A stretch of 63,056 bases of DNA, the filler included, from Saprolegnia diclina VS20 (taxonomy: Eukaryota), in NCBI RefSeq assembly GCF_000281045.1. It is 8 parts of 7 records of this genome, joined end to end, with 100 filler letters (N's around TTAATTAATTAA, not from the genome) between each part and the next. Parts side by side here need not be neighbours in the genome. Positions count along the whole stretch, not along the records: positions 62,034 to 63,056 come from NW_008246283.1; 7 more parts are not named here. One strand, given 5' to 3'. The position numbers and the translations under genes are program-made. Below, in pieces: positions 62,034 to 63,056 of this stretch. Within the stretch, counting starts at the first letter, position 1; each line of letters opens with the position of its first letter. The notes below the pieces were generated by a model, which worked only from the letters and a program-made list of their open reading frames with translations, had not been told where the DNA came from and ran no database searches.

Positions 62034-63056
62034 GGCGCCACGCAGCAAGGCCAGTCGACCGGCCTCGGGCGGACTCTTGCAGCCGGGTCTCATCGAGATC
62101 ATCGCTCGGCTGCTGCCAGCGCCGCATTACACTGCCTCCTTCCTCGACGCGATGCCAGCGAATCTCTGGACGCCGGCGCTACAAGCCTTCATGACTCTCC
62201 ATCGCGACACGCCCATGGACATTCGACTTGAACCCTGGCCCAGTATTTACCTCCATGAGGCGGACTACTCACCTAACATGCTCACGCTTCTGCAAGCGAC
62301 GCTGCCTCTGGGCCGGCGTATCCATACGACGTTTCGAAGCATGGACCAAGTACCGCATCTTGTGCCGCCCTTGGGGCCAGCGCTCAAATACATGCAACTC
62401 GAAATCGCATCGGCAATGTGGCTGCCGCTGGACACCGAGGCCTTAGGTATGCTTCTGCGCCAATGCTCCTCTCTGGATGGACTGGACGTGACGATCGACT
62501 TGCCCGACGCCGGTGCGCAAGTTCTGGATGCCTTGCTACAGTCACTACTCAGCTCGACGGCGCCCAATCTGGCTTTAAGCCATAGCCACGACCAAGCCAT
62601 TCCTCGAGCAGGCTATCACCTCGCTACGTGGCTCCGCGCACGAGCCTCCTACTCGACGGTTTCAGTGCGACGCCCTCCAAGAGGGCTCGAGTCTTGAGCA
62701 GCTCCGACTCGACAGCGCTCCCGAGGTCGGTGGTTTCCACGGCCATCAACTCCCGGCCAGCCTTTCTGAATTTGAATGGATTCCCGTCAACTTGGACCAT
62801 TTACTTCCGGACGATGCGATTTGGGCCGACCACCGCCACGCACTTCGCCGCACGCGGCTCGAGTCCCTCTGCTGCGACTACTTTAGCGAACTTGCGTCTC
62901 AGCCATTGACAGGCCCGGATCTCTCGCAGCTCAAAAAACTCGATGTACTGCGGACGCGTACCGGTGTCGACCACGTGCGCATGATGGCCGCCGGCCTTTC
63001 GCAGCTCTCGTCGCTCACCGAGCTTTTCCTGCCTTGGGTTGCCGTGGACGCCGAAG
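62034..63056 (+). pseudogene. Frameshifted member of the same LRR-type family as 1..1371; partial
   Basis: LIEIIARLLPAP..SFLDAMP..LWTPALQAF..WPSIYL resembles the AFLDALP..L..L / WPVLQL pattern; HLATWLR resembles TLAQWLQ. The frame breaks near 62640; LRR-like LSSLTELFLP at the end. Confidence 0.55.

Overview
This is eukaryotic, intron-rich, high-GC3 DNA with short GT(AC)...TAG introns and TCAYTY...CAAT-type initiators. It is most consistent with an oomycete of the Saprolegnia/Achlya type; this is an inference from style and gene content, not a database match. It is a draft scaffold of many contigs joined by N-gaps, seven of which carry an artificial TTAATTAATTAA stop linker, so adjacency across gaps is uncertain. 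In order, the window holds: a decayed LRR-type gene; two tandem Stealth-family phosphoglycosyltransferases; a paladin-like PTP/phytase gene with an IQ motif; a Upf1/Sen1-like SF1 helicase between ~150-bp direct repeats; an efflux cluster (two inverted ABCB/P-glycoprotein genes enclosing QSOX and mitochondrial RbfA, then three MATE genes and a MATE pseudogene); an ankyrin-NZF-RING E3 ligase; a recent 1009-bp non-autonomous Mutator-like element (180-bp TIRs, 10-bp TSD); an ankyrin-TRP channel split over a mis-oriented contig; paired secreted PT-linker/tectonin-like genes and paired coiled-coil/TM orphans; an ankyrin protein; the E2F partner DP; a small orphan with an Atg8-interacting motif; a Zn-dependent alcohol dehydrogenase; NMD3; and further fragments. 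No rRNA, convincing tRNA or CRISPR array was seen. No clearly new biological system is proven. The best leads are the Stealth pair, IQ-paladin, the MULE derivative with a TIR-initiated ORF, the mosaic ABCB pair and the tectonin-like secreted family.
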